Numbered from the stretch's first letter, positions 46,853 to 57,131 are shown. The stretch is DNA of 64,000 nucleotides from an uncultured Elusimicrobiales bacterium (GCA_944325225.1 CALUZQ010000004.1:579-64578); one strand, 5' to 3'. Program-made: numbers and translations. Notes: a model not told the origin generated them from the letters alone.

Positions 46853-48166
46853 TTAATGTCGGGGGCGGTTGCCGCGGACATATTCAAAAAATTGTTTTAC
46901 GCGGCTGTCGCACAGCACATCTTTTACCGAAATATCTTTCTTTAAATGCACGCCGCTTAGCGTGCGGCAGCGGCTAAGCGCTACATAAGTTTGCCCGGGA
47001 GCAAAGGCCCCCCGGCCGATATCCAGGTAAATGCTGTCAAAGGTCAACCCTTGGGATTTGTGTATCGTAATGGCCCAGGCCAGCTTCAGCGGGTACTGCT
47101 TGAAAAAACCCTTTACTTTCGGTTGCAGTTTTTGAAGCAGTGGATTAAATTCATACCGTACATCTTCCCAAACATGCGGCTCCACTTGATACACCGCGCC
47201 TTTTAATTCTACCTGAATAAAATCTTTGCCTAAATCATAAACCGTTCCAATGTCGCCGTTGACCCAGTTGTCGTCGTTGACCAACATCATAATTTTGGCG
47301 CCTTTTTTAAGCCGCAGCGTCGGATCGGCCGGCGGGGTTTTGGTTTGAAAGGAATCATCGGCGGTGGCGGTGTAAGTAAATTCCCGCCCCGGCAGCTGGG
47401 AAAGATAGTGCGCATTACGCCAGCCGGCGTCGCGGTTGGTGGGGGCGAGAATAATGCTGTTTTCAAATTTTTCCGGCAATTCAAAAGTTTTGCGGGTATT
47501 AAGCAGGGCGTCCAATTCGGGCTGGGTAACCGTCCCTTCGCGAATGAGATTTAACAAATGGGTAAAGTCCCGGTCCTCTTGCTGGCGGAAGATGCGGCGC
47601 AGTTCAAATATCTCGGTCGGCAGACGGCGCAGGACATGGGCTTCAAAAAAGTACGGGCTGGAATAGTTGGAACGGAAATAATCAAACAGCCCGCCGGAGG
47701 GTTGTTCTTCCACCGGAGGCAGTTGGAACAGATCGCCGAAGAGTACCATTTTTTTGCCGCCAAACGGTTCTTGGCTATGGGTGGAAATTTGCAGGATATA
47801 ATCTATGGCGTCCAGCAAGTCCGCCCGCAGCATAGAGGCCTCATCTATGATGATGGTATCCACGGCGTCCACCGTTTTGCGCGGGAGCCGTTTTAAGTTG
47901 CTTTTATCCAGCAGGTTCCCGGGTTTGAGCCGAAAGAAAGAATGAACCGTTTGTCCCCGCACATGGATAGCGGCCAGGCCGGTGGTAGCTAGTACGACTG
48001 TATTTTGAGCGGTATGTTGGGCAAAATAACGCAGCAGAGTGGTTTTGCCTGTGCCGGCGCGTCCCGTGATAAAAATCAAGGGTTTTATCGGAGATTTGGC
48101 TTCTAACAAAGCCAGGGCGTCTTTAAATTCGTCGGTTAGGAGAATGTCGGGTTTTCCTGCGGGCAT
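46853..48166 (-). CDS. PIF1/RecD-like SF1B helicase
   Basis: TGRAGTGKTT, IIDEASM, FGDLFQLPPV, AWAITIHKSQGLT, YVALSR. Confidence 0.92.
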   Translation of the reverse strand: MPAGKPDILLTDEFKDALALLEAKSPIKPLIFITGRAGTGKTTLLRYFAQHTAQNTVVLATTGLAAIHVRGQTVHSFFRLKPGNLLDKSNLKRLPRKTVDAVDTIIIDEASMLRADLLDAIDYILQISTHSQEPFGGKKMVLFGDLFQLPPVEEQPSGGLFDYFRSNYSSPYFFEAHVLRRLPTEIFELRRIFRQQEDRDFTHLLNLIREGTVTQPELDALLNTRKTFELPEKFENSIILAPTNRDAGWRNAHYLSQLPGREFTYTATADDSFQTKTPPADPTLRLKKGAKIMMLVNDDNWVNGDIGTVYDLGKDFIQVELKGAVYQVEPHVWEDVRYEFNPLLQKLQPKVKGFFKQYPLKLAWAITIHKSQGLTFDSIYLDIGRGAFAPGQTYVALSRCRTLSGVHLKKDISVKDVLCDSRVKQFFEYVRGNRPRH

Positions 48167-48474
48167 ACCCTTATTATAGCAATTCGGGCTTGGAGGCACA
48201 AAAGCCGGGGAGGAAATAAGCGATTTTCGTGTGAAACGGTGCTGTGGCTGTTGATAATTAGCTGGTATAGAAGGCCGCGGCGGATCGGGAGCGTTTTGAT
48301 AGGGCGCGGTATGGCGGAAACCGTGTGGCTCAACCGAGTCGTGTTAACGGGTCTGGAATGGGGCGGGGCGGCTCGCTTTTGCAGAAATATCCCTAACTCG
48401 TTGTTCCCTTTTTGCGTAAGCACCGTAATTAGCAAAACCCTGTTCAAGGCAGAATCCCCCGGCCTGGAAGGCCC

Positions 48475-48503
48475 TTGACTCGGTTTTTTTTTTTTGATAC
48501 AGT
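48475..48503 (+). promoter_or_regulatory. sigma70-type promoter with T12 tract in the spacer
   Basis: TTGACT (48475-48480) - CGG T12 GA (17 nt) - TACAGT (48498-48503). Confidence 0.6.
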
Positions 48504-48603
48504 GGGGATTGAACCGAGGATAATCCCCGTCGTGTGGCCGTTTTAAAACTGCTTCTAAAAAGGGATTAACCCGGTTATTGGCTGTGATAATAAGGAGCAG
48601 GGT

Positions 48604-49602
48604 ATGAAACAAATTTTAACGGTATTTTTTTGTTTGTTAGCAAGTATAACCGGCTACGCAGAAAACAAAATTAAAATGCTAACTTACTTTCCGGTGCCGT
48701 ATGTAGCGTATAGCAAGGTAAATGTAACCAAGCAGTTAGATGTGGGATTAACAAGTGCCTGTAGTATGAACTTGGGCTGTACGGAGAGCGGGAATGCGGG
48801 ATTAAGACCATTAAATGTAACGAACGGGGTGGTTCAGAAAGGGCGGTTGGATTTAAATACAGCCACAGCGGTAAGAGGGAGTACTGCAAGTATAGGGAGC
48901 GGTAGCGGAAGCGGGAGTATGAATTTCAGCAGTAATTTACGGGTGAATAGGCTCAATGACGGGGTAAGTGTAGAGGCGAACAATATCACGGTAGATACTT
49001 TAAAATTATTTCCGAACCGGATTACGACGGATTTTCCGAGTTGTGCGAGTACGGGAGCGCCTGGGACGCCGAACATTTCGTGGCAGAAGTTAAAATTAAA
49101 AGACAAAGAAGAAGTGTATTTGATGTGCGGAAATGCCAAAGACGCGGCACCGGAAGTGGATTGCACAGATGCTTCCTATAAACAGTCGCATAAATCGGAA
49201 TGCTGCCCCAAAGCAAGTACTTCTGATACGGCATGCTATATACCCTGTAATTGCAGCCCACAAGTTTCGGCGACAAGTCCCCAAACAGTACGACAAGAAC
49301 AAGCGGTTTGCAAAAAAGTATCGGGTACTTGTAAATGGACGCATCGTCAAAGTTATAAAACACAACCGGAATGTTATAATTATGTTCTAAGTCAAGTCTC
49401 TCTGCCACAAGGTGGTTCTGTATCCTGTACTTTTGTTAACAACCCCTTAAACACCAGCATGTATCCCCCTGCAGCGACTGGTTGTATGGAGAGTGGAGGT
49501 AGTTGTTATGTGAAATCTCTGTTTACTCCTCCTTCTTATTCTGTAGAGAAAAGTACTTTTATGGTTTCTTTGTCATGTCAGCGTTGTAAAAACGGTTGGT
49601 AA
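48604..49602 (+). CDS. Secreted Cys-rich surface/adhesin-like protein
   Basis: Signal peptide, TYFPVPY motif, beta-rich Ser/Gly middle, many Cys in the C-terminal half; RBS AAGGAG. Confidence 0.6.
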   Translation: MKQILTVFFCLLASITGYAENKIKMLTYFPVPYVAYSKVNVTKQLDVGLTSACSMNLGCTESGNAGLRPLNVTNGVVQKGRLDLNTATAVRGSTASIGSGSGSGSMNFSSNLRVNRLNDGVSVEANNITVDTLKLFPNRITTDFPSCASTGAPGTPNISWQKLKLKDKEEVYLMCGNAKDAAPEVDCTDASYKQSHKSECCPKASTSDTACYIPCNCSPQVSATSPQTVRQEQAVCKKVSGTCKWTHRQSYKTQPECYNYVLSQVSLPQGGSVSCTFVNNPLNTSMYPPAATGCMESGGSCYVKSLFTPPSYSVEKSTFMVSLSCQRCKNGW

Positions 49603-49665
49603 CTAAATCCATAAATGAAATATGCCCCGGCCGCAAAAGCCGGGGCATTTGTGTTCATCAGAAAA

Positions 49666-50082
49666 TTAATTGATTTCTTTGATTTCCACATCAAAGGTTA
49701 ATTCTTTGCCGGCCAGCGGGTGGTTGAAATCCAGCACGACTTCCTTATCGGTAATTTCTTTTACGACCGCCCGGAATGTATGCCCTTCGTTGCTGGCGCC
49801 TACCATATCGCCTACTTTTAAGCTTTCCGCCCCGCCAATGGCTTCTTTCGGTACGCGGCGAATTGCTTCCGGCAATACTTTGCCGTATCCTTTTTCCGGC
49901 GCTACTTTCACGGTTTTTTTGTCGCCTACTTTCATGCCCGTCAGTTCTTCTTCCAAACCGGGGATAATATGTCCCGCCCCGTGTACATATTCCAGCGGGC
50001 CGCGTCCTGCGGAGGTATCGGCGGTTTTTCCGTCCACCGTAAGGGTATAGTCAAATTTGACTTTGGAACCTTCTTTAATCAT
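49666..50082 (-). CDS. slyD: FKBP-type peptidyl-prolyl isomerase
   Basis: PLEYVHGAGHIIPGLEE, APEKGYG, DFNHPLAGK; lacks His-rich tail. Confidence 0.9.
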   Translation of the reverse strand: MIKEGSKVKFDYTLTVDGKTADTSAGRGPLEYVHGAGHIIPGLEEELTGMKVGDKKTVKVAPEKGYGKVLPEAIRRVPKEAIGGAESLKVGDMVGASNEGHTFRAVVKEITDKEVVLDFNHPLAGKELTFDVEIKEIN

Positions 50083-50238
50083 TGTTTTCTCCTTTTGCCG
50101 CAGGGGTCCTGGGCGAGTGTATGCTACATTGTAGCGTTTTTAGTTATAGATTGTCTAAAGAATCTGTTTCGGCGTCTTAAATCCGCCCGGGAAAATAAAA
50201 ACGCGCCCGAAGGCGCGTTTTTAAAATATCCAGCCGGA

Positions 50239-51342
50239 TTATTCGTTGCCAAAAATGGTATTCAGCTGGCGGTTCACCCGGTAGAAGGTGGCGCATTTGG
50301 GCATATCTTTCAGCCGCTTGGCGCCAATGTAAGTCATACAGCTGCGAATGCCGCCCAAAATGGCCAGCAGGGTATGTTCAATCGGGCCGCGGAACGGAAT
50401 TTCCACCACTTTGCCTTCGCTGGCCCGGTATTTTTTCATGCCGCCGTAGTGTTTGTCCTGGGCGTATTCGGAGCTCATACCGTAGAATTTTTTGTATTGT
50501 TTTTCTTCAATGCGCATGGCGCAGGTTTTATCGTCAATCATTTGTACTTCGCCGGTCTGGAACGATTTGGTGCACATTTCACCGCCGCTTTCCGCATGCC
50601 CGGCCAAAAGTCCGCCCAGCATGACAAAGTCCGCCCCGGCGCATAAACTTTTGCATACATCGCCGGGTACGGTGCAGCCGCCGTCGGCGCAAATCATACC
50701 GCCTACGCCGTGTGCCGCATCGGCGCATTCTATAACGGTGGAAAACTGCGGGCGCCCCACACCGGTCAGTTTGCGGGTGGTGCATACAGAGCCCGGCCCA
50801 ATGCCTACTTTAACAATGTCGGCCCCGTTTAAAATCAAATCTTCGCACATATCTCCCGTAACCACATTGCCCGCCATAATTAATGCGTCCGGCCATTCCT
50901 GGCGAACTTTGCGGATATAGTTAATTAAATAGGGGGAATACCCGTTGGCTACATCTACGCAAATGTTGGAAACTAAATTTTCCGCCATTACTTGTTTGAG
51001 TTTTTCAAAATCGGCATCGGATACGCCGGAACTGACGAAAATTAAATCGTTATTCCCAAATTCTTTGGCGTTTTCTTTCAGAAATCCAATTAATTCCTGC
51101 GCGGTGTAATGTTTGTGCAAAGCGCTCATCAGCCGCAATTTTTGCATTTCCCGGGCAATTTCAAAAGTACCGGTGGTGGCCATATTGGCCGCCACGATAC
51201 CCGTCCCGTTAATGGTGCGGGAGCACCATTTGAAAGTGTATTCGCGTTCTACAATTACTTCCGAGCGGGAAGCTAAGGTGGAACGCTTGGGGCGCAGCAA
51301 TACATCGCAGTAATCTAATTGGATATCATCGTAAATTCTCAT
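50239..51342 (-). CDS. guaC: GMP reductase
   Basis: LRPKRSTLASRSEV, DVANGY, KVGIGPGSVCTTR, FYGMSS, YRASEGK. Confidence 0.93.
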   Translation of the reverse strand: MRIYDDIQLDYCDVLLRPKRSTLASRSEVIVEREYTFKWCSRTINGTGIVAANMATTGTFEIAREMQKLRLMSALHKHYTAQELIGFLKENAKEFGNNDLIFVSSGVSDADFEKLKQVMAENLVSNICVDVANGYSPYLINYIRKVRQEWPDALIMAGNVVTGDMCEDLILNGADIVKVGIGPGSVCTTRKLTGVGRPQFSTVIECADAAHGVGGMICADGGCTVPGDVCKSLCAGADFVMLGGLLAGHAESGGEMCTKSFQTGEVQMIDDKTCAMRIEEKQYKKFYGMSSEYAQDKHYGGMKKYRASEGKVVEIPFRGPIEHTLLAILGGIRSCMTYIGAKRLKDMPKCATFYRVNRQLNTIFGNE

Positions 51343-51496
51343 TAATTTCTCCCGGGACTGAGGCAAACCCCGCAGCCCCTTTTTATATCATACAAAATTT
51401 GGCTTTTTCCAGCCGGCGCGCTCTTTGCAGGCGGAATGTTTTTTAGCTATAATGAAAAGGTAATTTGTTGCCAAAATATCTGATTACGGAGCCGTT

Positions 51497-51976
51497 ATGA
51501 AAAAAGGTTTTACGCTGATAGAATTATTAGCCGTTGTGTTAATTATGGGTATTTTAACTGCTATTGCGCTGCCGCAGTATCGGCGCAGTGTGGAACGCAC
51601 GCGGGTGGCGGAAGCGCTGCAGCTGATGCCTTCCATTTACGATGCGCGCGAGCGGCTGATGACCGAACGAAACTGGCGGTGGGGGAGTGGATCGTCCCCG
51701 GCGGTTTCTTTTGCTAAGCTGGATATTGATATGAAAGGGAAATCAACTTCCTCTACGGTATGGAAAACGGATAATTTTTCGTATAATTTAAAGGATTCTT
51801 GCGCCGGGACCAGCTGCACGACGGGTGAGCCGTGGGTGTCGGCCGAAATTTTGAAAGGCACTTACAAAGGAACGGAAATTTTTTACAAGGGGGGCAAATT
51901 CCTTTGTTGTCCAGGGAAAGCGGGGTCGGACGCGTGCTCGCGTTTGAATTTGGATCAGGCCTCCTGCGGCAGTTAA
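51497..51976 (+). CDS. Type IV pilin (PilE-like)
   Basis: MKKGFTLIELL...ALPQY class III signal. Confidence 0.9.
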   Translation: MKKGFTLIELLAVVLIMGILTAIALPQYRRSVERTRVAEALQLMPSIYDARERLMTERNWRWGSGSSPAVSFAKLDIDMKGKSTSSTVWKTDNFSYNLKDSCAGTSCTTGEPWVSAEILKGTYKGTEIFYKGGKFLCCPGKAGSDACSRLNLDQASCGS

Positions 51977-52016
51977 CTGTTACTGCCGCGTTTAGCCAAA
52001 CAATGAGGATATAACT

Positions 52017-52520
52017 ATGAAAAAAGGTTTTACGCTGATTGAATTATTAACCGTGGTGTTAATTATTGCGATTTTGTCGGGGGTGGCTCTGCCGCAGTAC
52101 CGCAAAGTGGTGGAAAAAGCCCGCGTTTCGGAGGCGCAGTCCATGTTGCGCACAATTTATGATTCAAGCGAACGCATGGCGGGCGAATTTGGGTATCGTT
52201 CGTATGCGGATTTGATTAACAAAAAAGGAGAAACCAACTATTCTTTTGCCCGTATGGATATGTTTGATGCGGATAATCTGCCCACCGGCTGCACGCTGAC
52301 CCGGGCTAATTTGTTAACCTGCGAGGAGTTTTCTTACCGGGGCTATGTAACTGGTGGAAGCGTGCCGTATGTGGCGGCTAAAAAATTGAAGAATCCCTAT
52401 CAAAACACATTGATTTTGTTTGATCGGAATGAACAGCAGCTTTATTGCCAGGAAGCTTCCGCCGGGGCGGACGCTTGTGATATTTTCGGGTTAGATGCCC
52501 GCAGCGGAGTAAGTTTTTAA
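52017..52520 (+). CDS. Type IV pilin (PilE-like)
   Basis: MKKGFTLIELL...ALPQY class III signal. Confidence 0.9.
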   Translation: MKKGFTLIELLTVVLIIAILSGVALPQYRKVVEKARVSEAQSMLRTIYDSSERMAGEFGYRSYADLINKKGETNYSFARMDMFDADNLPTGCTLTRANLLTCEEFSYRGYVTGGSVPYVAAKKLKNPYQNTLILFDRNEQQLYCQEASAGADACDIFGLDARSGVSF

Positions 52521-52533
52521 GGAAGGTGTTTCT

Positions 52534-53064
52534 ATGAAAAAAGGTTTTACGCTGGTGGAAATTTTGGTAGCGGTAATGATTGTAACGCTGTTAGTTACGA
52601 TGGCGGTGCCGATGTATGATAAAACGGTGGAAAAATCCCGCATGGCGGAAGCCCGTACCTTGATGAAGAAAATTTTGGAATCCAAACTACGCACACTGGA
52701 TATGATGGATAAAGAAAATTATGCCAGCGGTTTGTTTGGGTTTGAAAATTTAGATGTGTCCATTCCCTGTGTGAATGCTTCCACGGGGGCGCGTCTTTCG
52801 CGCTGTACGGGGGAGACGCTCTATACGAAAGATTTTAAATATACGCTTCTTCCCAGCGGGAGCGTGTCGGGTTCGGAAGCTAAAATTGTCAATGCTGTGT
52901 GCGCCGTGCGCCGCAAAGGCGACAATGCCGGGGTTAATTTCTTGTATTTAGGCGAATTGGAAACCAATTCGGATCGGGAGAGCTTTTTGTGCAACAACGG
53001 TTCCTCCGGCGGTTCTTGCGATTTGTATGGGTTGGATTCCACTGCCTCCGGCTGGTGCAGTTAA
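52534..53064 (+). CDS. Type IV pilin (PilE-like)
   Basis: MKKGFTLVEIL...AVPMY class III signal. Confidence 0.9.
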   Translation: MKKGFTLVEILVAVMIVTLLVTMAVPMYDKTVEKSRMAEARTLMKKILESKLRTLDMMDKENYASGLFGFENLDVSIPCVNASTGARLSRCTGETLYTKDFKYTLLPSGSVSGSEAKIVNAVCAVRRKGDNAGVNFLYLGELETNSDRESFLCNNGSSGGSCDLYGLDSTASGWCS

Positions 53065-53137
53065 GCAAAATCTGAATGATAATGGCCGGGATACTTTTTA
53101 GTATCCCGGTTTTTTACACTTTTAGTATAGTATATTT

Positions 53138-53911
53138 ATGGCACAATCTTTATTAACCGCTTTTACACTTAGTTTTTTAGCCGGTGCGGCTACCGCGGTG
53201 GGCGGGGCGCTGGCTTTTATTATTAAAAAGGAAAATCTGTCCGTCCTTTCTTTAGGGCTCGGGTTTTCCGCCGGGGTAATGATTTATGTCTCATTTATGG
53301 AAATCTTGCCCCAGGCCACCCAATCGCTGGCGGCACTGTATGGCCCACATCCGGGGGCTTGGGCCGCTACGGGATTATTCTTTTTGGGCATTGTGCTTGC
53401 CTGGCTGATTGACACCTTGCTCCCTTCCCACCATGTGGACGAACATACCTTGGATCAATCGGCCAAACTAAAACACCTGGGGCTGTTTACGGCCTTGGCG
53501 CTGGCGATACATAACTTCCCGGAGGGATTGGCTACTTTTATGGCGTCTATGCAGGAGCCGGCGTTGGGGGTTTCTATCGCGGTGGCGGTGGCTATTCACA
53601 ATATCCCCGAAGGGGTCGCCGTGGCTTTGCCCGTCTATCACGCTACCGGAAACCGCCGGCAGGCGTTCTGGTATAGCGCCGGATCCGGCTTGGCCGAACC
53701 GGTGGGCGCGTTGTTGGGTTTCTTTTTGCTGCGCTCTTTTTTGCACGAAGCGGCTTTTGGCGTTTTGTTTGCGCTGATTGCCGGAATTATGGTGTATATC
53801 GCTTTGGACGAATTGCTTCCCACCGCCCATGAATACGGGGACGGACACCAAGTAATTTGGGGCGTAGTAGGCGGTATGATGATTATGGCGATTTCTTTGT
53901 TGTTGTTTTAA
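53138..53911 (+). CDS. zupT: ZIP family zinc transporter
   Basis: GFSAGVMIYVSF.EI, HNFPEG, HNIPEG, SGLAEPVGA, DELLP. Confidence 0.93.
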   Translation: MAQSLLTAFTLSFLAGAATAVGGALAFIIKKENLSVLSLGLGFSAGVMIYVSFMEILPQATQSLAALYGPHPGAWAATGLFFLGIVLAWLIDTLLPSHHVDEHTLDQSAKLKHLGLFTALALAIHNFPEGLATFMASMQEPALGVSIAVAVAIHNIPEGVAVALPVYHATGNRRQAFWYSAGSGLAEPVGALLGFFLLRSFLHEAAFGVLFALIAGIMVYIALDELLPTAHEYGDGHQVIWGVVGGMMIMAISLLLF

Positions 53912-53994
53912 GGGCGGGTTATTTAGAATCGTTTGAGATAATAAACCCCCGGACTCGTTGCAAGGCCCGGGGGTTGCAGCTAGCATGCTGGAAA

Positions 53995-54753
53995 TCAGAA
54001 AATAAGCGGCGCCAGCATAAACGAGAGAATCATTCCCAGTGAATAACTCGTTACATTGGTGGCGATGCTTAGCATAAAAGCGTCTTTAAGTGAAATTTTC
54101 CGCGGGTTCATCAGGCGCACCAGCAGGGTTTCCGCCAACAGGCAAAATACCCATAAGAAAGCCGTTTCGTTCACATATTTTACCAACAGCAGCCAGGAAA
54201 TGGCCGTGGTAATTAAATTCGCTACGGCGACACTGTAGAGAACAGTAAAACTTTTCCCGCGGTAGGATAAATACGCCATCGCCGCCATTAATTCCAATAC
54301 CAAAATAATAAGCAGCGAAATCCACGCGTCCTTCCGCGCCCAGGAACGGTTATCCGTTTTGGTGTCTGCCAGCGTTACCGTCAGTCCGTTGTCCTGCACA
54401 TACACCGTAAAGTGTGCGCGTAGGGTTCCCGGTGCGGCAAAGATATTGCTCTGTTTTTGGGTTCCGTCGGCAAAAGTAATGATTAACTTCTGGAAATGGG
54501 CATAGTCGTAAGCAATGGAGAAACAAGCGTCTTTTTTACAGTACAATCGCTGCAAACCGTATATGCCCAGCGGTTTGCTTTCTATACACTGGTTGTCCTG
54601 GCATTGGAGCTGTTCGCTAAGCTGGGGATTGATGGCGGGTTGTTCCGCGGTTTGATAAACAAACGAAAACTCCATTTCCGGTTTTGGCGATACATTTCCC
54701 CACAGCGGAAAAAGCGGACACAAAAAGAGAATCAGCAAGAAAAGTTTTTTCAT
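53995..54753 (-). CDS. Hypothetical membrane protein with exported N-terminal domain
   Basis: Signal peptide and four C-terminal hydrophobic helices. Confidence 0.6.
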   Translation of the reverse strand: MKKLFLLILFLCPLFPLWGNVSPKPEMEFSFVYQTAEQPAINPQLSEQLQCQDNQCIESKPLGIYGLQRLYCKKDACFSIAYDYAHFQKLIITFADGTQKQSNIFAAPGTLRAHFTVYVQDNGLTVTLADTKTDNRSWARKDAWISLLIILVLELMAAMAYLSYRGKSFTVLYSVAVANLITTAISWLLLVKYVNETAFLWVFCLLAETLLVRLMNPRKISLKDAFMLSIATNVTSYSLGMILSFMLAPLIF

Positions 54754-54813
54754 TTTTTATCTCGGCATTCTTTATTTTGTATTATAACATTAATGACGAA
54801 AAGGGGGAACAAA

Positions 54814-56019
54814 ATGTTTTTTACAAAAGTGCAAAACGAAAAATACGCCGAAGTAATGATCTGGGCCCTGGAAACGGCGCGCCGGAACGGAAAATTTAAA
54901 CGCTATGATACGATTTTGTTGCGCAGTGATCTATCGGCCTTGCCGCTGGCGCGAGCCATTTATGGCAAATTGCTTCTGCGCCGGTTCCAGGTTATTCTGC
55001 GGCTGAACGCGCCGGAGGACTTTTCAAAGGAATTTTATCAACGGGCGGACAATAAACAACTGTCTTTTATTGCCGCCGGCGAAAAAGAATTTCAGGGGGG
55101 AATCAACGGGCTGATTTCCCTGCGCGCACCGGAAGATTTGACGCATTTAAAGCAAGTGGACCCGGCCCGTATTGCCCAAAGCGCCGTGGCCCATAAACCG
55201 CTGCGTGAAATTTTAGATTTGCGGGAGCAAAAAGGGCTTTTCTCCTGGACTTTGTGTAATTATCCTACCGAGGAACTGGCCAAACGGGCCGGACTTTCTT
55301 TAAAGGAGTATGCCAATCAAGTGGCGCGTGCGTGTTTTTTAAACGAAAAAGATCCCGTCAAAAAATGGAAAGAAGTGACGAAGCAAATTACGGAGATCGG
55401 CCAATGGCTTTCCGCTTTGCCTATTCAAACGCTGCGGGTAGAGTCGGCGCATATGGATTTTGAAGTGCTCTTAGGGGAAAAACGCAAATTCATTGCCGGC
55501 GGCGGATGTAATGTGCCGTCGTTTGAAATTTTTACTTCGCCCGACTGGCGCGGCACGCGCGGCGTTTATTTTGCCGATTTATCTTCCTACCGAAGCGGCA
55601 ATTATGTAAAAGGGGTACGGCTGGAGTTTGAAAAAGGACGGGCCGTGAAGGCCGATGCCGAACAAGGGGCGGAATTTGTGCGCAAAATGTTGGCGATGGA
55701 TAGAGGAGCGGCGCAAATCGGCGAGTTTTCGCTGACGGACCGGAGATTCTCCAAAATCACCAAATTTATGGCCGATATCCTGTACGATGAAAATTTTGGC
55801 GGCAAATACGGCAACTGCCATGTGGCCGTAGGCGCCAGTTACGCGGATACTTTTTCCGGTCCGCAAAGCAAACTGGATAAGAAATTAAAGGAGAAACTCG
55901 GCTTTAACGATTCTTCCTTGCATTGGGACTTGATTAATACCGAGGATAAAACCGTTACCGCCCGCTTAAAAGACGGTACCCAGCAAGTGATTTATGAAAG
56001 AGGGCAGTTTTTATATTGA
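54814..56019 (+). CDS. M29 aminopeptidase (thermophilic metalloprotease family)
   Basis: NVPSFEIFTSP, GEFSL, LYDENFGG...HVAVG, SSLHWD; start reassigned to ATG 54814. Confidence 0.9.
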   Translation: MFFTKVQNEKYAEVMIWALETARRNGKFKRYDTILLRSDLSALPLARAIYGKLLLRRFQVILRLNAPEDFSKEFYQRADNKQLSFIAAGEKEFQGGINGLISLRAPEDLTHLKQVDPARIAQSAVAHKPLREILDLREQKGLFSWTLCNYPTEELAKRAGLSLKEYANQVARACFLNEKDPVKKWKEVTKQITEIGQWLSALPIQTLRVESAHMDFEVLLGEKRKFIAGGGCNVPSFEIFTSPDWRGTRGVYFADLSSYRSGNYVKGVRLEFEKGRAVKADAEQGAEFVRKMLAMDRGAAQIGEFSLTDRRFSKITKFMADILYDENFGGKYGNCHVAVGASYADTFSGPQSKLDKKLKEKLGFNDSSLHWDLINTEDKTVTARLKDGTQQVIYERGQFLY

Positions 56020-56176
56020 AGCTTGGTTCCTTCGTCAAAAACGGAACCGGTTTGTTTTCCGGTTCCGTTTTTCATGTGATTTTGGGCCCCAGCCAAATGG
56101 TTGATAGCCGAGCCGCCGGCTGCGTTTAAACATAAAAAAACCGGGCGGTAAAGCCCGGTTTGAGGTTCCACTAAAC

Positions 56177-56800
56177 TTAAATCTCTTTATGGAGTACTTT
56201 TAGCGCGGCTTTCTCTTTGGCTACCGGCAGGCATTCCTGCACCCGGTAATTTTTACCGTTTACCAGCTGCGACAAAGAAGCAAGGTCCGCATCGGTAAGG
56301 ACTTCTTTGTCGTAAGTGGTGCGAAATTCATATCCCAAACTGGAATTTCGGATCAAATCCATAGATTCCCTGAGCACAGACGGATTAAATTCCACTCCCG
56401 TGATGAGTGCATATTTCTCCAGCGGTGCTTTTAAATCCATGGCGATAAAATCCACCAGTTTTTGTTCAATTAACTGCTTGAGCATTTCCGGGCGGGTGCC
56501 GTTCGTATCTAATTTAACGGCATAGCCCAGGGCTTTTATTTTGGCTAAAAACTGGGGCAAATCATCATGCAGGGTGGGTTCCCCTCCGGAAACAACCACT
56601 CCCTCTAAGGTGCCTTGCCGGCGTTTTAAGAAAGCGTCTATTTCTTCTTCGGCAACGGGTTCCATGAACATATGCGGATACACTAACTCCGGGTTATGGC
56701 AGTAGCGGCAGCGAAAGTTACACCCTTGCGTGAATACTACCGCCGCCGGACGGCCCGGAAAGTCAATCAATGTAAATTTGATCAGTCCGCCTATCTTCAT
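56177..56800 (-). CDS. nrdG: Anaerobic RNR activating radical-SAM enzyme
   Basis: GCNFRCRYCHN CxxxCxxC, SGGEPT, KLDTNG. Confidence 0.93.
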   Translation of the reverse strand: MKIGGLIKFTLIDFPGRPAAVVFTQGCNFRCRYCHNPELVYPHMFMEPVAEEEIDAFLKRRQGTLEGVVVSGGEPTLHDDLPQFLAKIKALGYAVKLDTNGTRPEMLKQLIEQKLVDFIAMDLKAPLEKYALITGVEFNPSVLRESMDLIRNSSLGYEFRTTYDKEVLTDADLASLSQLVNGKNYRVQECLPVAKEKAALKVLHKEI

Positions 56801-56821
56801 AAGAACCCGTTGCTAACAGAT

Positions 56822-57034
56822 TTATTTGTCGCTTGCGCAGTCGCAGCCGCAGCCGACATGCATGGTTTTTCTCATGGCAAATTCTTCTTTTTTGCCTTTA
56901 TTCCAGTTCTGTACCGGGCGCAGATAGCCCACTACTCTGGAGTAAACTTCGCATTTGGAACCGTGAACATCGTTCATTTCTTTTTTCAGTTCCGAAATTT
57001 TATTTTCTACGATTTGTTTTTCCTGTGCAGTCAT
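56822..57034 (-). CDS. Stand-alone NrdD glycyl-radical domain protein
   Basis: EVYSRVVGYLRPVQNWNKGKKEEF (glycyl-radical loop); own RBS AGGAG; N-terminal coiled-coil-like helix. Confidence 0.88.
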   Translation of the reverse strand: MTAQEKQIVENKISELKKEMNDVHGSKCEVYSRVVGYLRPVQNWNKGKKEEFAMRKTMHVGCGCDCASDK

Positions 57035-57131
57035 GGTATGTCTCCTAGATAATTACCGTGTAAAAACGGGGCGGGGGCCCGTGAAAACCCTTCGCTTTAT
57101 TATGGCACTTTGCCATGCCCGTTTCAACTGT

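Noticed and set aside
48604-49602. Shufflon/DGR-type diversification of the adhesin C-terminus
   Set aside because: No sfx-like repeats, invertase, reverse transcriptase or template repeat seen in the window
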